A DNA stretch of 32,319 bases. Source: a virus. Lineage: Duplodnaviria; Caudoviricetes. The translations under genes were made by a program, and so were the position numbers. The stretch's first letter is position 1. The number at the start of each line of letters is the position of its first letter. Location of the stretch: the IMG/VR virus record IMGVR_UViG_3300047294_000020, positions 1 to 32,319 of that record. One strand, given 5' to 3'. Below, piece by piece: positions 7,291 through 15,612 of this stretch. The notes under the pieces are model-generated. The model had not been told where the DNA came from, searched no databases, and worked only from the letters and a program-made list of their open reading frames with translations.

Positions 7291-8907
7291 ATGGAATACG
7301 AAAAAAACAACCCGTCTGGCGGCATGCGCCTAACACCAGAGCAGATCTTAAAGCGGCAGGCCACAGCCCAAGCAAAGAAGGACGAGTTCCAACAGCTGTA
7401 TCAAGATGCCTATGAGTTTGCCCTACCCCAGCGTCAGCTCTACGGTGTGTGGGAAGGCGGCGCCGTAGGCTCCAAGAAGATGCAGCGTGTCTTTGACTCG
7501 ACCGCCATCAACTCTACCCAGCGCTTTGCCAACCGGTTGCAGTCTGTGGTGTTCCCACCGCAGCGTAAGTGGGCTAAGTTGGAGGCTGGCTCTGATATAC
7601 CACCAGAACAAAAGCAACAAGCCCAAGCAATCCTTGAGGTCTACCAAGACAAGATGTTTACCATGCTCAACCAGAGCAACTTTGACATTGCTATGGGTGA
7701 GTTCTTGCTAGACCTGGCAGTTGGCACGGCCTGCATGATGGTGCAGCCTGGTGACGATGTGCAGCCGCTGAACTTTATCCCTGTGCCTCTCTTTCTAGTG
7801 AGCTACGAGGAAGGCGCAAACGGCCAAGTGGACAACGTCTACCGTCGCATGCGCATGAAGGGTGAGTCTATCCAGCGCCAGTGGCCAGATGCTGAGATAT
7901 CAGACGATCTAAAGCGCCGCATAGAGAACAAGCCTACCGATGACGTAGAGTTGCTAGAGGCAACCATCTATGACTACAAGCGTGGCGACTACTGCTACCA
8001 CGTTATTGACAAAGTATCTAAGACAGAGATTGTCTACCGCCGCAGGAAGATGAGCCCTTGGGTGATCTCTCGCTACATGAAGGTGGCTGGAGAGATCTAT
8101 GGGCGTGGACCCTTGATGACTGCGCTGCCAGACATCAAGACGTTGAACAAGGTTAAGGAGCTGCTGCTCAAGAACGCATCGCTTGCTGTGGCCGGTGTCT
8201 ATACCGCCGCCGATGATGGAGTACTCAACCCCAACACTGTCAAGATCGTGCCTGGTGCCATCATCCCTGTTGCGCGCAATGGTGGCGCACAAGGCCCAGC
8301 CCTGCTAGCCCTGCCCCGCTCTGGTGACTTCAACGTCAGCCAGCTGGTGATCAACGACATGACGCAAAGTATCAAGCGGATCTTGCTAGATGAGTCGCTG
8401 CCACCTGACAACATGAGCGCACGCTCGGCTACCGAGATTGTCGAGCGCATGAAGGAGCTGGCTCAGAACTTAGGCTCTGCCTTTGGCCGCCTGATCAACG
8501 AGACCATGATCCCAGTCACAGCCAAGATCTTGGAAGTGATGGACGAGCGCGGCCTGATTGACATGCCTCTGCGTGTTAATGGCTTAGAGGTCAAGGTAAC
8601 CCCAGTGGCACCGCTTGCAATGGCTCAAAACATGGAGGAGGTTAACTCCATCATGCAGTACATGCAGATTAGCCAGAGCCTGGGCACCGATGGCCAGCTA
8701 GCTATTAAGACAGATGTGCTGGTGGACTACCTAGCCGACAAGCTAGGGGTGCCAGCAGCTGTGAGAAACACCGCAGCAGAGCGTGCCGTACTCATGGAAG
8801 AGATGAAGAACCAGCAGCAGCAGCAAGCCATCGCACAGGCCATGGCCATGCAAGCCCAAGCTGGCGCCGGCATGCAGGCTCTACCGGCACCAGAAGGGGT
8901 TATGTAA
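7291..8907 (+). CDS. Portal (head-tail connector), T7 gp8/BPP-1 type
   Basis: VFDSTA, GEIYGRGP, ALPDIKTLN, SATEIVER motifs; ATG 7291 after AAGGA preferred over track start 7222. Confidence 0.95.
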   Translation: MEYEKNNPSGGMRLTPEQILKRQATAQAKKDEFQQLYQDAYEFALPQRQLYGVWEGGAVGSKKMQRVFDSTAINSTQRFANRLQSVVFPPQRKWAKLEAGSDIPPEQKQQAQAILEVYQDKMFTMLNQSNFDIAMGEFLLDLAVGTACMMVQPGDDVQPLNFIPVPLFLVSYEEGANGQVDNVYRRMRMKGESIQRQWPDAEISDDLKRRIENKPTDDVELLEATIYDYKRGDYCYHVIDKVSKTEIVYRRRKMSPWVISRYMKVAGEIYGRGPLMTALPDIKTLNKVKELLLKNASLAVAGVYTAADDGVLNPNTVKIVPGAIIPVARNGGAQGPALLALPRSGDFNVSQLVINDMTQSIKRILLDESLPPDNMSARSATEIVERMKELAQNLGSAFGRLINETMIPVTAKILEVMDERGLIDMPLRVNGLEVKVTPVAPLAMAQNMEEVNSIMQYMQISQSLGTDGQLAIKTDVLVDYLADKLGVPAAVRNTAAERAVLMEEMKNQQQQQAIAQAMAMQAQAGAGMQALPAPEGVM

Positions 8908-9308
8908 TGGAACCTTTAAAACTAGACGAAACAGAAGAAAATGCTTTTCAAATATGGATTAGAAAAACAGATTGGTTTAAAGAATTTGTCAATGACTATG
9001 ACGAAGAGCCAGATTTAAATATAGAAGACTATGACTATCGTTTAGCTTGGAAAAGCGGCATTAAACCTGTAAGAGATCCATTTGATAAAGATAAATATCA
9101 TTGGCCATCAACGACAGAAGATGACATGCCTCTAAAGTCAGAAAAGCATCCTACTGTTTGGAAAGAATATTTTATGCGTGAGACAGGTAAAAATCCAGAT
9201 GCTTTAGGAATAGCAAGTAAGGAAGAGGCAGAAAATAAACTTGGTATTTCATTAACCCCAAGATCAATAAAAAGGCCTCTATTGATGAATAACAAGTTAG
9301 AGGAATAA
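8907..9308 (+). CDS. AT-rich inserted hypothetical protein
   Basis: TAATG coupling; visibly more AT-rich codons than flanks; DYDYRLAWKSG, HWPS, KHPTVW motifs. Confidence 0.75.
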   Translation: MEPLKLDETEENAFQIWIRKTDWFKEFVNDYDEEPDLNIEDYDYRLAWKSGIKPVRDPFDKDKYHWPSTTEDDMPLKSEKHPTVWKEYFMRETGKNPDALGIASKEEAENKLGISLTPRSIKRPLLMNNKLEE

Positions 9309-9310
9309 CT

Positions 9311-9574
9311 ATGTCATGGGACGAACTAGACGCCATTGGCCAGAACACCGACATCCGAGATGTTGACCAAAAGAGAGAAGATCTTGCCAGGCTAACCCTG
9401 CGGGTATTTAGCTCTGAGGACGGCCAGAAGCTACTCCAGTGGCTTAAAGACATGTATGTGAATGTGCCCATCGCCGTGCCGGGCACAGACCCCTCACACG
9501 CTTTCTTTGCTGAAGGGCAGAGAACAGTGGTGCGGGACATCGAGGTACGGATTAACACTGCAAGGAAACTATGA
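9311..9574 (+). CDS. Bbp19-like portal-adjacent protein
   Basis: VFSSEDGQKLLQWL...AFFAEGQRTVV motif and position between portal and scaffold. Confidence 0.75.
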   Translation: MSWDELDAIGQNTDIRDVDQKREDLARLTLRVFSSEDGQKLLQWLKDMYVNVPIAVPGTDPSHAFFAEGQRTVVRDIEVRINTARKL

Positions 9575-10347
9575 CAGACACAGCAACAGTCGAGCCCGGT
9601 ACATCCGGCCTACTTGACAACGTGCAAGCAAGTGACGAAAGCCAGCCAATCAACCCCCAGTCGGTCGAGATCGACCACAAGGCTGCAGATCCAAGCGCGC
9701 CAGCGCCAGAGGATCCTCTAGAGAGACCCGACTACTGGCCAGAAAACTTCTGGAAGAAGGACGACAACGAGCCAGACCTAGAAGGCATAGCCAAGAGCTG
9801 GACAGATCTGCGTAAGCAAATCAGCCAGGGCAAACACAAGGCACCAGCTGACGGCAAATACAACCTAGAAGTATTTGGAGAGGAAGCCGAAACCAACCCC
9901 ATGGCAACCACTCTCTCCAGCTGGGCAAAAGACAATGGATTATCCCAAACTGCCTTTGACGACCTAGTCGGTAACCTGCAGACACAGGCCAAAGAGCTCA
10001 TGCAAGGCGACATGATTGACCCAGCTGTAGAGATGAAGCAGCTAGGACCCAACGGTGGCGCTATAGTCAACGGCATGGTGGACTGGGCACGTGGCCTGGT
10101 CAACAAGGGCGTGTGGTCAAAGGATGACTTTGAAGAGTTCAAGATCATGGGTGGCACAGCCAGGGGCATCACAGCTTTGATGAAAGTCAGAGAGGCCTAC
10201 GAGGGCAGGGTGCCAACACAGAGCGCACCGCTCGAGGGCGCGCCAAGTAAGGATGAGCTCTATCAAATGGTTAATGATCCTAGATATAAAACAGACACTG
10301 CCTACAGACAGAAGGTAGAAAAGATGTTCCACGCTACAATCAAATAA
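9571..10347 (+). CDS. Capsid scaffolding protein
   Basis: Acidic; ERPDYWPENFW and DPRYKTD motifs; upstream of capsid. Confidence 0.8.
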   Translation: MTDTATVEPGTSGLLDNVQASDESQPINPQSVEIDHKAADPSAPAPEDPLERPDYWPENFWKKDDNEPDLEGIAKSWTDLRKQISQGKHKAPADGKYNLEVFGEEAETNPMATTLSSWAKDNGLSQTAFDDLVGNLQTQAKELMQGDMIDPAVEMKQLGPNGGAIVNGMVDWARGLVNKGVWSKDDFEEFKIMGGTARGITALMKVREAYEGRVPTQSAPLEGAPSKDELYQMVNDPRYKTDTAYRQKVEKMFHATIK

Positions 10348-10370
10348 CTGCTACAGGAGCAGTTGCCTTT

Positions 10371-10397
10371 AGCCCCTACTTGCTAGGGGCTTTTTTT
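10371..10397 (+). terminator. Intrinsic terminator after scaffold
   Basis: AGCCCCTA-cttgc-TAGGGGCT stem followed by T tract. Confidence 0.85.
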
Positions 10398-10411
10398 GTG
10401 TATAATCCAAA

Positions 10412-10505
10412 CCGTTGTAGTCGTTCACAACAAATTGAAAACCGTTACTCATGCATTAGCCCTCTTAGGAGGGGAACGACCTAGTGCAGTAGTAACGGTT
10501 TTTTT
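10412..10505 (+). ncRNA. Candidate small structured RNA with loop-bulge pairing
   Basis: TATAAT at 10401-10406; hairpin 10414-10431; long interrupted stem 10438-10502 ending in T7; GTCGTTC/GAACGAC complementarity. Confidence 0.55.
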
Positions 10506-10509
10506 ATTG

Positions 10510-10755
10510 TCTCGACTCCAGCCGCACCCCACGCGAAAGCAGTGCATTTACATGGATGGCTTGGGATAGAACATAGGGCAGCGCATCACCCCGCTGTTAA
10601 CCCTACCGAACTGTGTGCGAGGTATCGGGCAAGATAGAGGGACAAGGTGAGACAAGACCTCTATCGAATGAATCGCATCCTTATGGGGAAGCTAGTGTGC
10701 TTACGCACATGGGCTTGGGGGAGTACTTCTCACCCTTGGGGAAGTCATGCCCAAA
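10510..10755 (+). ncRNA. Candidate multi-hairpin non-coding RNA or DNA element
   Basis: No ORF of 60 aa or more; at least six stems (see findings); strand is an assumption. Confidence 0.4.
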
Positions 10756-10762
10756 ATAAATG

Positions 10763-10793
10763 TTGACAACAAGTAAAAAGAAATATATATAAT
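10763..10793 (+). promoter_or_regulatory. Sigma70-like capsid promoter
   Basis: TTGACA 10763-10768 and TATAAT 10788-10793 (19-nt spacer) with A-rich upstream tract. Confidence 0.7.
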
Positions 10794-10933
10794 GGTGCAA
10801 GGCTTATCTGGCAACAGACCCTGACCACTGCGAGATGCAGACGACTGGCTAGCGTAACTAGCAAGCATTGGCCCAGATTACTGGCTTACCGGCGCGAGAA
10901 CCCTGTTTTTAATTAACCGAATGAGGTATCCCA

Positions 10934-11776
10934 ATGAGCATTTCTTTAAGCAATGCCTTTGTCACTCTATTCGACGCGGAAGTCAAACAAGCCTACCAAG
11001 GTATGGCAAAGTTGGTTCCGGCGGTTCGCCAGCGTCGTGGAGTAGAAGGTTCAACTGTTAAGTTTCCTAAAGTCGGTAAGGGTGTTGCGACTATTCGCGT
11101 TCCCCAAACTGATGTCACCCCTCTGAATGTTGCATTCAGCTCAGTCACTTTGACTTTGGCTGACTACAACGCAGCAGAGTACTCTGACATTTTCAGCCAA
11201 GCCAAGGTCAATTTCGACGAGCGCCAAGAGTTGGTGCAAGTTGTTGCTGGCGCTATGGGCCGTCGCCAAGATCAGATGATTCTGGATGCACTTACCGCAT
11301 CTAGCACCAGCTTGACCGTCAGCAATGACATTGGTGGCACAGACTCCAACATGAACATTACCAAGCTGCGCGAAGCTAAGCGCTTAATGGACAAGAACAA
11401 TGTTCCACCTGATGGCCGCAACATCATCATTCACGCAAATGGCTTGGCCAACTTGCTGTCTGAGACCAGCGTGACCAGCTCCGACTTCAACAGCGTTAAA
11501 GCGCTGGTGCAGGGCGAGCTCAACACCTACTTGGGCTTTACGTTCCATGTCTTGGGTGACCGCTCTGAAGGCGGCTTGGCTATTGATGCCTCACTTGATC
11601 GCAGCTGCTTTGCATTCCACAAGGATGCAGTTGGCTACGGTGAAGGCATTGCCATGAGAACTGAGATCAACTACATCGCTGAGAAGACTTCTTGGTTGGT
11701 GAACGAGGTCTTCAGTGCTGGCGCTGTTGCCATTGACGATGAAGGTATCGTCAAGATCACCTGCCGTGAAACTTAA
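10934..11776 (+). CDS. Major capsid protein
   Basis: Position after scaffold; AMGRRQDQMILDAL, SSDFN..KALVQGE..TYLGFTF motifs of podovirus capsids; GAGG RBS. Confidence 0.92.
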   Translation: MSISLSNAFVTLFDAEVKQAYQGMAKLVPAVRQRRGVEGSTVKFPKVGKGVATIRVPQTDVTPLNVAFSSVTLTLADYNAAEYSDIFSQAKVNFDERQELVQVVAGAMGRRQDQMILDALTASSTSLTVSNDIGGTDSNMNITKLREAKRLMDKNNVPPDGRNIIIHANGLANLLSETSVTSSDFNSVKALVQGELNTYLGFTFHVLGDRSEGGLAIDASLDRSCFAFHKDAVGYGEGIAMRTEINYIAEKTSWLVNEVFSAGAVAIDDEGIVKITCRET

Positions 11777-11790
11777 TCTAGGAGACTGAC

Positions 11791-12066
11791 ATGGCATTTT
11801 CAAGCACTGGTTTTGTAACCGTATGCGCTGCCAAATCTGGCAATGCACCATCAATGTATCTGTACAAAACAACAGATACCCAAGCCACGGTTAACACTGT
11901 GAGCTACTTTGACAGCATCGCATCGCTGTTAAAAGTCGGCGACATTATTTTTGTCTATGACGCTACTACCCCCAGCCTAGTGTTGACTTACGTCAACGCT
12001 GTGTCTTCAGCTGGAGTGGTTGACATTGCTGACGGTACAACCGTAAGCGCAACAGATACCGACTAA
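11791..12066 (+). CDS. Small virion (decoration-like) protein
   Basis: Directly after capsid, AGGAG RBS, beta-rich, upstream of the same hairpin terminator. Confidence 0.6.
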   Translation: MAFSSTGFVTVCAAKSGNAPSMYLYKTTDTQATVNTVSYFDSIASLLKVGDIIFVYDATTPSLVLTYVNAVSSAGVVDIADGTTVSATDTD

Positions 12067-12084
12067 ATCGGGTCTGCTGTAAAG

Positions 12085-12121
12085 AGGCCAACTTCTGCCA
12101 TTAGCGGAGGTTGGCCTTTCT
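12085..12121 (+). terminator. Hairpin / probable leaky terminator after capsid operon
   Basis: AGGCCAACTTCTGC-catta-GCGGAGGTTGGCCT then short TTTCTC. Confidence 0.7.
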
Positions 12122-12138
12122 CACATTGAGAGGTTCAA

Positions 12139-12753
12139 ATGGCTGCTGGTGACACTGGTGTATCGATCTGCTCTGATGCCTTGCTCTTAATAGGAGCGAA
12201 GGCTATATCGTCTTTTAACGACGGCACCGACGCATCGAGCGTATGCGACCGACTCTATCCAGATATTAGAGACTCCACCTTGGTGATGTACCCGTGGAGC
12301 TTTGGCATGAAGAAGGTGCAGCTGGCACAGCTCATCACAACCCCTACATCTTTCTGGCGCTATGAGTATCAGCTGCCAGGCGACAAGCTAGCCAACCCAC
12401 GCTTGGTATACAACAGCTCTACGCAGAGCAGCCCCATACAAAAAGACTGGGAGATCCAAGGCGACAAGCTGCTCACAAACCTGACTAGCGTTTTTATTGA
12501 CTACCAGTACAGCGTGCCTGAGTACGCCATGCCTCAATACTTTGTGCAGTTGCTCAAGTACATGGTTGCCTGGCACATTGCAGAGACCGTGACCGAACAA
12601 CAGGACAAGGCAACCAAGTGGCAGCGTGTGGCCACTGGTGACATTTCTGAGAATGGCCGCGGTGGGTTCTTTCGCACAGCTGCCCAGATCGATGGACAAA
12701 ACAACCCTGTGCGTGTCATTGAAGATTATTCACTTATTGCGGTTAGAAACTGA
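12139..12753 (+). CDS. Tail tubular protein A (adaptor)
   Basis: SICSDALLLIGAKAISSF, YPWSF, YEYQLPGD motifs of T7 gp11-like proteins. Confidence 0.85.
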   Translation: MAAGDTGVSICSDALLLIGAKAISSFNDGTDASSVCDRLYPDIRDSTLVMYPWSFGMKKVQLAQLITTPTSFWRYEYQLPGDKLANPRLVYNSSTQSSPIQKDWEIQGDKLLTNLTSVFIDYQYSVPEYAMPQYFVQLLKYMVAWHIAETVTEQQDKATKWQRVATGDISENGRGGFFRTAAQIDGQNNPVRVIEDYSLIAVRN

Positions 12754-14966
12754 TGCCACGCTTTGTAGAGTTCACAACCAACTTTGCAACCGGCGAGCTC
12801 GACCCCTTGTTGCGTGCTCGGGTTGACCTGGCTGCATACGGCAATGCGCTGGCCAAGGCGACTAATGTATTGATCCAGCCCCAAGGTGGGCTGCGTCGCA
12901 GGCCTGGCACTAAGCACGTTTTTGCGCTGCCAAACACCAGCACCGAGTCTGCCGGCAACGGCGTGCGCTTGGTGCCGTTCCAGTTTTCTGTGGACGATAG
13001 CTACATGTTGTGCTTTACCCACAACCGCATGCATGTTGTTAAAAACGGTGTGGTGCAGACAAACATCAACGGCACTGGTAACAGCTATCTAACAACCACT
13101 ATTGGCAGCACGATAGTGGACGACATGTGCTGGACTCAGTCTGCCGACACATTGATTGTTGTGCACCCAGACCTGCAGCCAGTACGCATTACTCGCACAA
13201 GCGACACCGCTTGGACGGCCACATCAATCACGTTTGATGCAATTCCTAAGTACGCCTACGACATTGACTTTCACACCAACACTGGATCAACGCTAACACC
13301 GTCTGCTGTGTCTGGTAATGTGACTCTCACGGCCTCCACCACACACCATGACTCTGGCACAGCGCAAGCTGGCACCAGCACGACCATCACACTCAAGACA
13401 ACAGCAAGTGCAACAGATGACATCTACAACGGCATGTACGTCAACATCACAGGCGGCACAGGCTCTGGGCAAACGCGCTTGATTGAGGACTATGTCGGCA
13501 GCACCAAGGTGGCAACGGTGGGTGAGGCTTTTACTACCACACCAGACGCTACAAGCACCTACACCACAACCACGTTTTCAGCTTTGTCTGTTAACCAGTA
13601 CATCAATGCACAGCCGCAGGGACGCGCAAGGATTATTCGCTATGTCTCGGCTACCGTTGTTGAAACGGTGACCGAGTACCCGTTCTTTAACACAACAGTT
13701 ATTGACGCAGGCCGCTGGGAGCTAGAGCACGGTTATGTGGATGTGTGGTCAAGCGCCAAGGGATGGCCACGCTCGGTGTCGTTCCATGAGGGGCGGCTCT
13801 ACTTTGGTGGCAGCAAGTCTCGCCCATCCACAATCTGGGGATCCAAGATTGGACTCTTCTTTGACTTTGTGCCAAGCGAGTCGCTAGATGATGATGCGGT
13901 TGAGGCAACGCTTGATACTAACGACCTCAACGTCATCACCGACATAATCAGTGGCCGTGACTTCCAAGTGTTTACCACTGGCGGTGAGTTCTTCATACCG
14001 CAGGCCGGCACCGACCCTGTCACTCCGCTGACCTTTACATTCAAAAATGTAAGTCGCAATGGCATCAAGCCTGGCACTCGCGTGCAATCGGTTGACTCTG
14101 GCTCAATCTACATCCAGCGCCAGGGCAAATCGCTCAACGAGTTTATCTTTAGCGACACCCAGCTGACCTACATCACACAGCGTATATCGCTACTGTCTGG
14201 GCACCTATTAAAGGGTCCACAGCGGGTAGCACTGCGCAGGGCATCGAGCACTGAAGAGGCCGACCTGCTCTTGATGACTAACACTGATGATGGCAGCATT
14301 GCAGCGTTTAGTATCATGCGCAGCCAGCAAGTCACTAGCCCATCTGAGTTCACTACCGATGGCGAGTTCATCGATGTGGGCGTGGATGTAAACACTATCT
14401 ATGTGGTTACCAAGCGCACGTTTAACAGCGTGGTTAGGTACTTTATTGAGATCTTTGGCTACGAGTACTTTACAGACTGTGCCTTTGTTGGTGGTGCAGC
14501 AGCAAGCGCTAGCGGCCTACCCCATGTGGCCAAGGTGCTGAATGTCATTACAGACGGTTCACCGCAAGGCAACGAGACCGTGAGCGGCGGTGGCTCGGTA
14601 ACCTTTGACCGATCAAGCACCACCAGCTATGAGGTTGGCCTGCCTATCACTGTCTATGTCAAGACCATGCCTGCCGAGGTCAAGCTGCAGACTGGCAGCC
14701 GAGTCTCTTTCAAGAAGCGCATCGTAGAGATTAGCGCAGTGCTTAACGAAACACAGAACCTGATTATCAACAACCAGCCGGTAGCTTTTAGGCTCTTTGA
14801 TAATCCATTATTGGATGATCCAATACCAGAGTTCACCGGCATCAAGCGGGTCAATGGCGTGCTTGGCTACAACCGCGAGCAGAGTATTGAGGTATCCCAA
14901 GACCTACCAGTGAAGATGAACCTGCTAGGCTTGGACTACCGTGTAGCGGTTTTCTCAGGAACATAA
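12753..14966 (+). CDS. Tail tubular protein B (nozzle)
   Basis: NFATGELDP, QGGLRRRPGT, GWPRSVSFHEGRLYFGG, WGSKIG..FDF motifs of T7 gp12/P22 gp10-like proteins. Confidence 0.9.
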   Translation: MPRFVEFTTNFATGELDPLLRARVDLAAYGNALAKATNVLIQPQGGLRRRPGTKHVFALPNTSTESAGNGVRLVPFQFSVDDSYMLCFTHNRMHVVKNGVVQTNINGTGNSYLTTTIGSTIVDDMCWTQSADTLIVVHPDLQPVRITRTSDTAWTATSITFDAIPKYAYDIDFHTNTGSTLTPSAVSGNVTLTASTTHHDSGTAQAGTSTTITLKTTASATDDIYNGMYVNITGGTGSGQTRLIEDYVGSTKVATVGEAFTTTPDATSTYTTTTFSALSVNQYINAQPQGRARIIRYVSATVVETVTEYPFFNTTVIDAGRWELEHGYVDVWSSAKGWPRSVSFHEGRLYFGGSKSRPSTIWGSKIGLFFDFVPSESLDDDAVEATLDTNDLNVITDIISGRDFQVFTTGGEFFIPQAGTDPVTPLTFTFKNVSRNGIKPGTRVQSVDSGSIYIQRQGKSLNEFIFSDTQLTYITQRISLLSGHLLKGPQRVALRRASSTEEADLLLMTNTDDGSIAAFSIMRSQQVTSPSEFTTDGEFIDVGVDVNTIYVVTKRTFNSVVRYFIEIFGYEYFTDCAFVGGAAASASGLPHVAKVLNVITDGSPQGNETVSGGGSVTFDRSSTTSYEVGLPITVYVKTMPAEVKLQTGSRVSFKKRIVEISAVLNETQNLIINNQPVAFRLFDNPLLDDPIPEFTGIKRVNGVLGYNREQSIEVSQDLPVKMNLLGLDYRVAVFSGT

Positions 14967-14969
14967 GAC

Positions 14970-15611
14970 ATGGCAACATTACCACCATCAGCAGCTGGAA
15001 TGGTCGCAGGCGCAGGCCTGATAGCTAGCTATGCCGAAATGGAGGCCAGCAAAGCCGCAGCCATCAATCAGCAGACTAGCTACATGCTGCAGGCAAGAGA
15101 CACCCTGGCAGTGGCCGAGGTGCGCGCTGACATGGCAGAGCAGTACTCCACCATCCAAGCTGGCCGCACAATCAGGAAGGCCGAGCTGGAGGCGCAGAAC
15201 TACACCATTGCTGGCAATACCCTGCTAAAGAACATGCGCGCCACTAACGCAGCTGTACGTGCCAGGGCGGCTGCATCTGGCGTGGTGCTGGGTGAGGGAT
15301 CTATACAGAGTGTGATTAACCAAAACATCCAAGGCACTATGCGCGACGTTGGCATATCAGACCTCAACGCTTTGACAGCTCGGGTGCTGGGCTTTGAGGA
15401 TGCAACGGCTATGCTGCAGTCTACTGAGTACCAGAACACGCTCAACCTTTACAGCGCAAGGAGCCAGGCAGGCCAGCTCACGTTTGCTGGAGAAGCTGGC
15501 CGCAGAACAAGTGGTCTGCTTGCTGGCGCCAAGCTAGGCAAGGCTGGCATTGACTATCTCAGATTGACTGCGTCACCTGCTGCGCCTAAAACACCAACAT
15601 CTACGAGCTGA
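14970..15611 (+). CDS. Internal virion (ejection) protein, gp14-like
   Basis: Ala/Gly-rich; RARAAASGV..GEGS motif; follows nozzle gene. Confidence 0.7.
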   Translation: MATLPPSAAGMVAGAGLIASYAEMEASKAAAINQQTSYMLQARDTLAVAEVRADMAEQYSTIQAGRTIRKAELEAQNYTIAGNTLLKNMRATNAAVRARAAASGVVLGEGSIQSVINQNIQGTMRDVGISDLNALTARVLGFEDATAMLQSTEYQNTLNLYSARSQAGQLTFAGEAGRRTSGLLAGAKLGKAGIDYLRLTASPAAPKTPTSTS

Positions 15612-15612
15612 T

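Noticed and set aside
10512-10522. TCGACTCCAGC shared with tail-fibre repeats
   Set aside because: Only 11 nt; chance level
10400-10760. tRNA, tmRNA or hammerhead ribozyme in the non-coding gap
   Set aside because: No T-loop GTTCRA cloverleaf and no CTGANGA/GAAA core found by eye
11750-11790. T7-style capsid frameshift extension
   Set aside because: No slippery sequence at the capsid end; next gene has its own RBS
13778-13784. GTCGTTC as a trans target for the small-RNA bulge
   Set aside because: A 7-mer is expected by chance and lies mid-gene with no second site
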